From Lingula anatina (lineage: Eukaryota; Animalia; Brachiopoda): a stretch of 64,000 nt of DNA. The notes under the pieces are model-generated. The model saw nothing but the letters and a program-made list of their open reading frames with translations, was not told the DNA's origin and searched no databases. Made by a program: the position numbers and the translations under genes. The DNA lies in NCBI GenBank assembly GCA_051362555.1, contig CM120645.1, forward strand, positions 11,966,001 through 12,030,000, written 5' to 3'. Position 1 is the first letter of the stretch, and every line of letters starts with the position of its first letter. Shown here piece by piece: positions 62,623 to 64,000 of the stretch.

Positions 62623-64000
62623 ATGATGACCATCTATCTCATTTTATGCACGCTGACAGCCGGTGTGTTGGTTTTTGCCCAAGAAGAAGGCCAGTTTGAA
62701 GGATCCACACACCGGTCATCCAGTTCAGAGATTTGGGAACCTGTGGGATACACGGGAGAGTCATCATATAGAGATGAAAAACAGGAAACTACAAATATGG
62801 CGACCGTCACCAGTGGGGGAATGCACGAGGTAGTTACACAAGACTTTTCCAATATTGAGGATGGAATACACGAAGTAGTCACACAAGAGTCACCCATTAC
62901 GGAGGGAAGAATCAGCGAGGAACCCACACAAGAGTCAACAAATGCTGAGCGTAGAATCTATGAGGGTTTCACAAAAGAGTTGTCCACTATTAAGGGTAAT
63001 ATCCGTGAGGGGGTCACACAAGAGCCACTCACTACTGAAGGTGAAATACTTCAGGGAGTAACACCTTCACCACATGAAGAGGATGAAGTACGCGATGGGT
63101 TGACCAACAGCAGTGAAACTGCAGAAACAGCGAAGGGAACTTTTTCTTTCCTAGACGTATCCCTAATGCCGTATCGGTGGCTATGTACAAGAACACCAAC
63201 TCGTCAATTTGGCCTTATGATCCACTGCAACTGCGACCCTCTGTGCGTCCTGTATGATGACTGTTGCTATGGTGTGACAGAAAATACCGCGATGTGTGCT
63301 GCTTCAGTCAGATTAACAACGACGCACAATAACTCACACTTTGAAACAATCCTTGCATCCAACCTAACAGAAACTCAAAGTAACAGCACCACTCTGGCTG
63401 TTATCTCAAACACAACTCCTTTTTGGAAAGAACTGGTCGACCCTATGTTGATTTCTCTGGCACAAAGAAGCTCATGCAAATATATTCCAAAGATGCACCG
63501 ACAAATACCACAAAGCACAGTCGGATATGAGGACAGCTTAGGGTTGAAAGTTTGGATGGTGGATCAATGTCCCTCGTCGTGGTTAGAAAAAAACACTCGT
63601 ATTAAGTGCACCGATACCTCAAATACAAGCCTCTTAGAGGACGTGCTGTTGCACCAACCAGTCACCGATCCAGACACAATGATCACCTTCAAAAACAAGT
63701 ACTGCGCAGCTTGTAATGGTATCGACGGCGGTGGGGAGCCATGGGGACTGGTCGTCTATTGCACTGGAGGGGTTCAAATTGAAATGTTGATCAACTACAA
63801 CTCCTCGTCTGATGTTTTAAGACATCTGGCATATCTCGGATGCAATAGTATTTTCGAGTCGAAACCAGAGTGGAAATTGAGGACATGTTTCCGGGAAGTG
63901 GAGGATCGTGACTTTGGTCCTTGTGAGTTCAGTATTATCAATGGAGACGTACACTGGGTACCTCGCCCACTCCCCCTGCATTCTCCCTTACGTGATGCCT
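62623..64000 (+). CDS. 5' part of a secreted or membrane protein with somatomedin-B-like domain, probably a Methuselah-like (class B) GPCR ectodomain; runs off the window
   Basis: 459 stop-free codons from ATG 62623. Signal peptide MMTIYLILCTLTAGVLVFA, acidic Thr-rich repeats, HCNCDPLCVLYDDCC (SMB-like) and WMVDQCPSSW...C...PVTDPDTMITFKNKYCAACN. It is absent from the ORF track because it has no stop codon in the window. Confidence 0.8.
   Translation, partial: MMTIYLILCTLTAGVLVFAQEEGQFEGSTHRSSSSEIWEPVGYTGESSYRDEKQETTNMATVTSGGMHEVVTQDFSNIEDGIHEVVTQESPITEGRISEEPTQESTNAERRIYEGFTKELSTIKGNIREGVTQEPLTTEGEILQGVTPSPHEEDEVRDGLTNSSETAETAKGTFSFLDVSLMPYRWLCTRTPTRQFGLMIHCNCDPLCVLYDDCCYGVTENTAMCAASVRLTTTHNNSHFETILASNLTETQSNSTTLAVISNTTPFWKELVDPMLISLAQRSSCKYIPKMHRQIPQSTVGYEDSLGLKVWMVDQCPSSWLEKNTRIKCTDTSNTSLLEDVLLHQPVTDPDTMITFKNKYCAACNGIDGGGEPWGLVVYCTGGVQIEMLINYNSSSDVLRHLAYLGCNSIFESKPEWKLRTCFREVEDRDFGPCEFSIINGDVHWVPRPLPLHSPLRDA

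Overview
AT-rich, intron-rich eukaryotic DNA, most likely a marine invertebrate (lophotrochozoan- or ambulacrarian-like; the taxon cannot be fixed from sequence alone). I reconstructed spliced gene models by hand from GT-AG sites and intron-phase arithmetic. (1) 1-18.2 kb: a cluster of four secreted modular lectin-domain genes. They are CCP/Ephrin-rec-like/EGF-CTL, CTL-TSP1-TSP1-CTL twice in inverted orientation (one copy frameshifted), and a gene with an Arg/Trp-rich EMI-like hairpin-TSP1-CTL whose first exons are not in the ORF track. All four end in the same two-exon non-canonical C-type lectin module and the C-terminal motif [P/S/A]-[P/L]-I-(I/V)-G-stop (PIIG, PIVG, SLIG, PIVG). (2) 18.9-47.6 kb: a tandem segmental duplication with a resolvable junction at 34686/34687. 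It produced two intact DEG/ENaC (ASIC-like) channel genes with an unusual Ser/Gly/Tyr repeat insert, plus an orphan 3' CLCA pseudogene. (3) 46.2-57.5 kb (-): a 15-exon CLCA metalloprotease/VWA gene. (4) 62.6 kb to the end: a long open 5' exon of an SMB-domain Methuselah-like GPCR candidate. Mobile DNA includes Academ, Tc1, L1/Tx1 and L2 relics, several MITEs (one nested in another) and two Penelope-type hammerhead-like motifs. I saw no rRNA, tRNA or CRISPR array.
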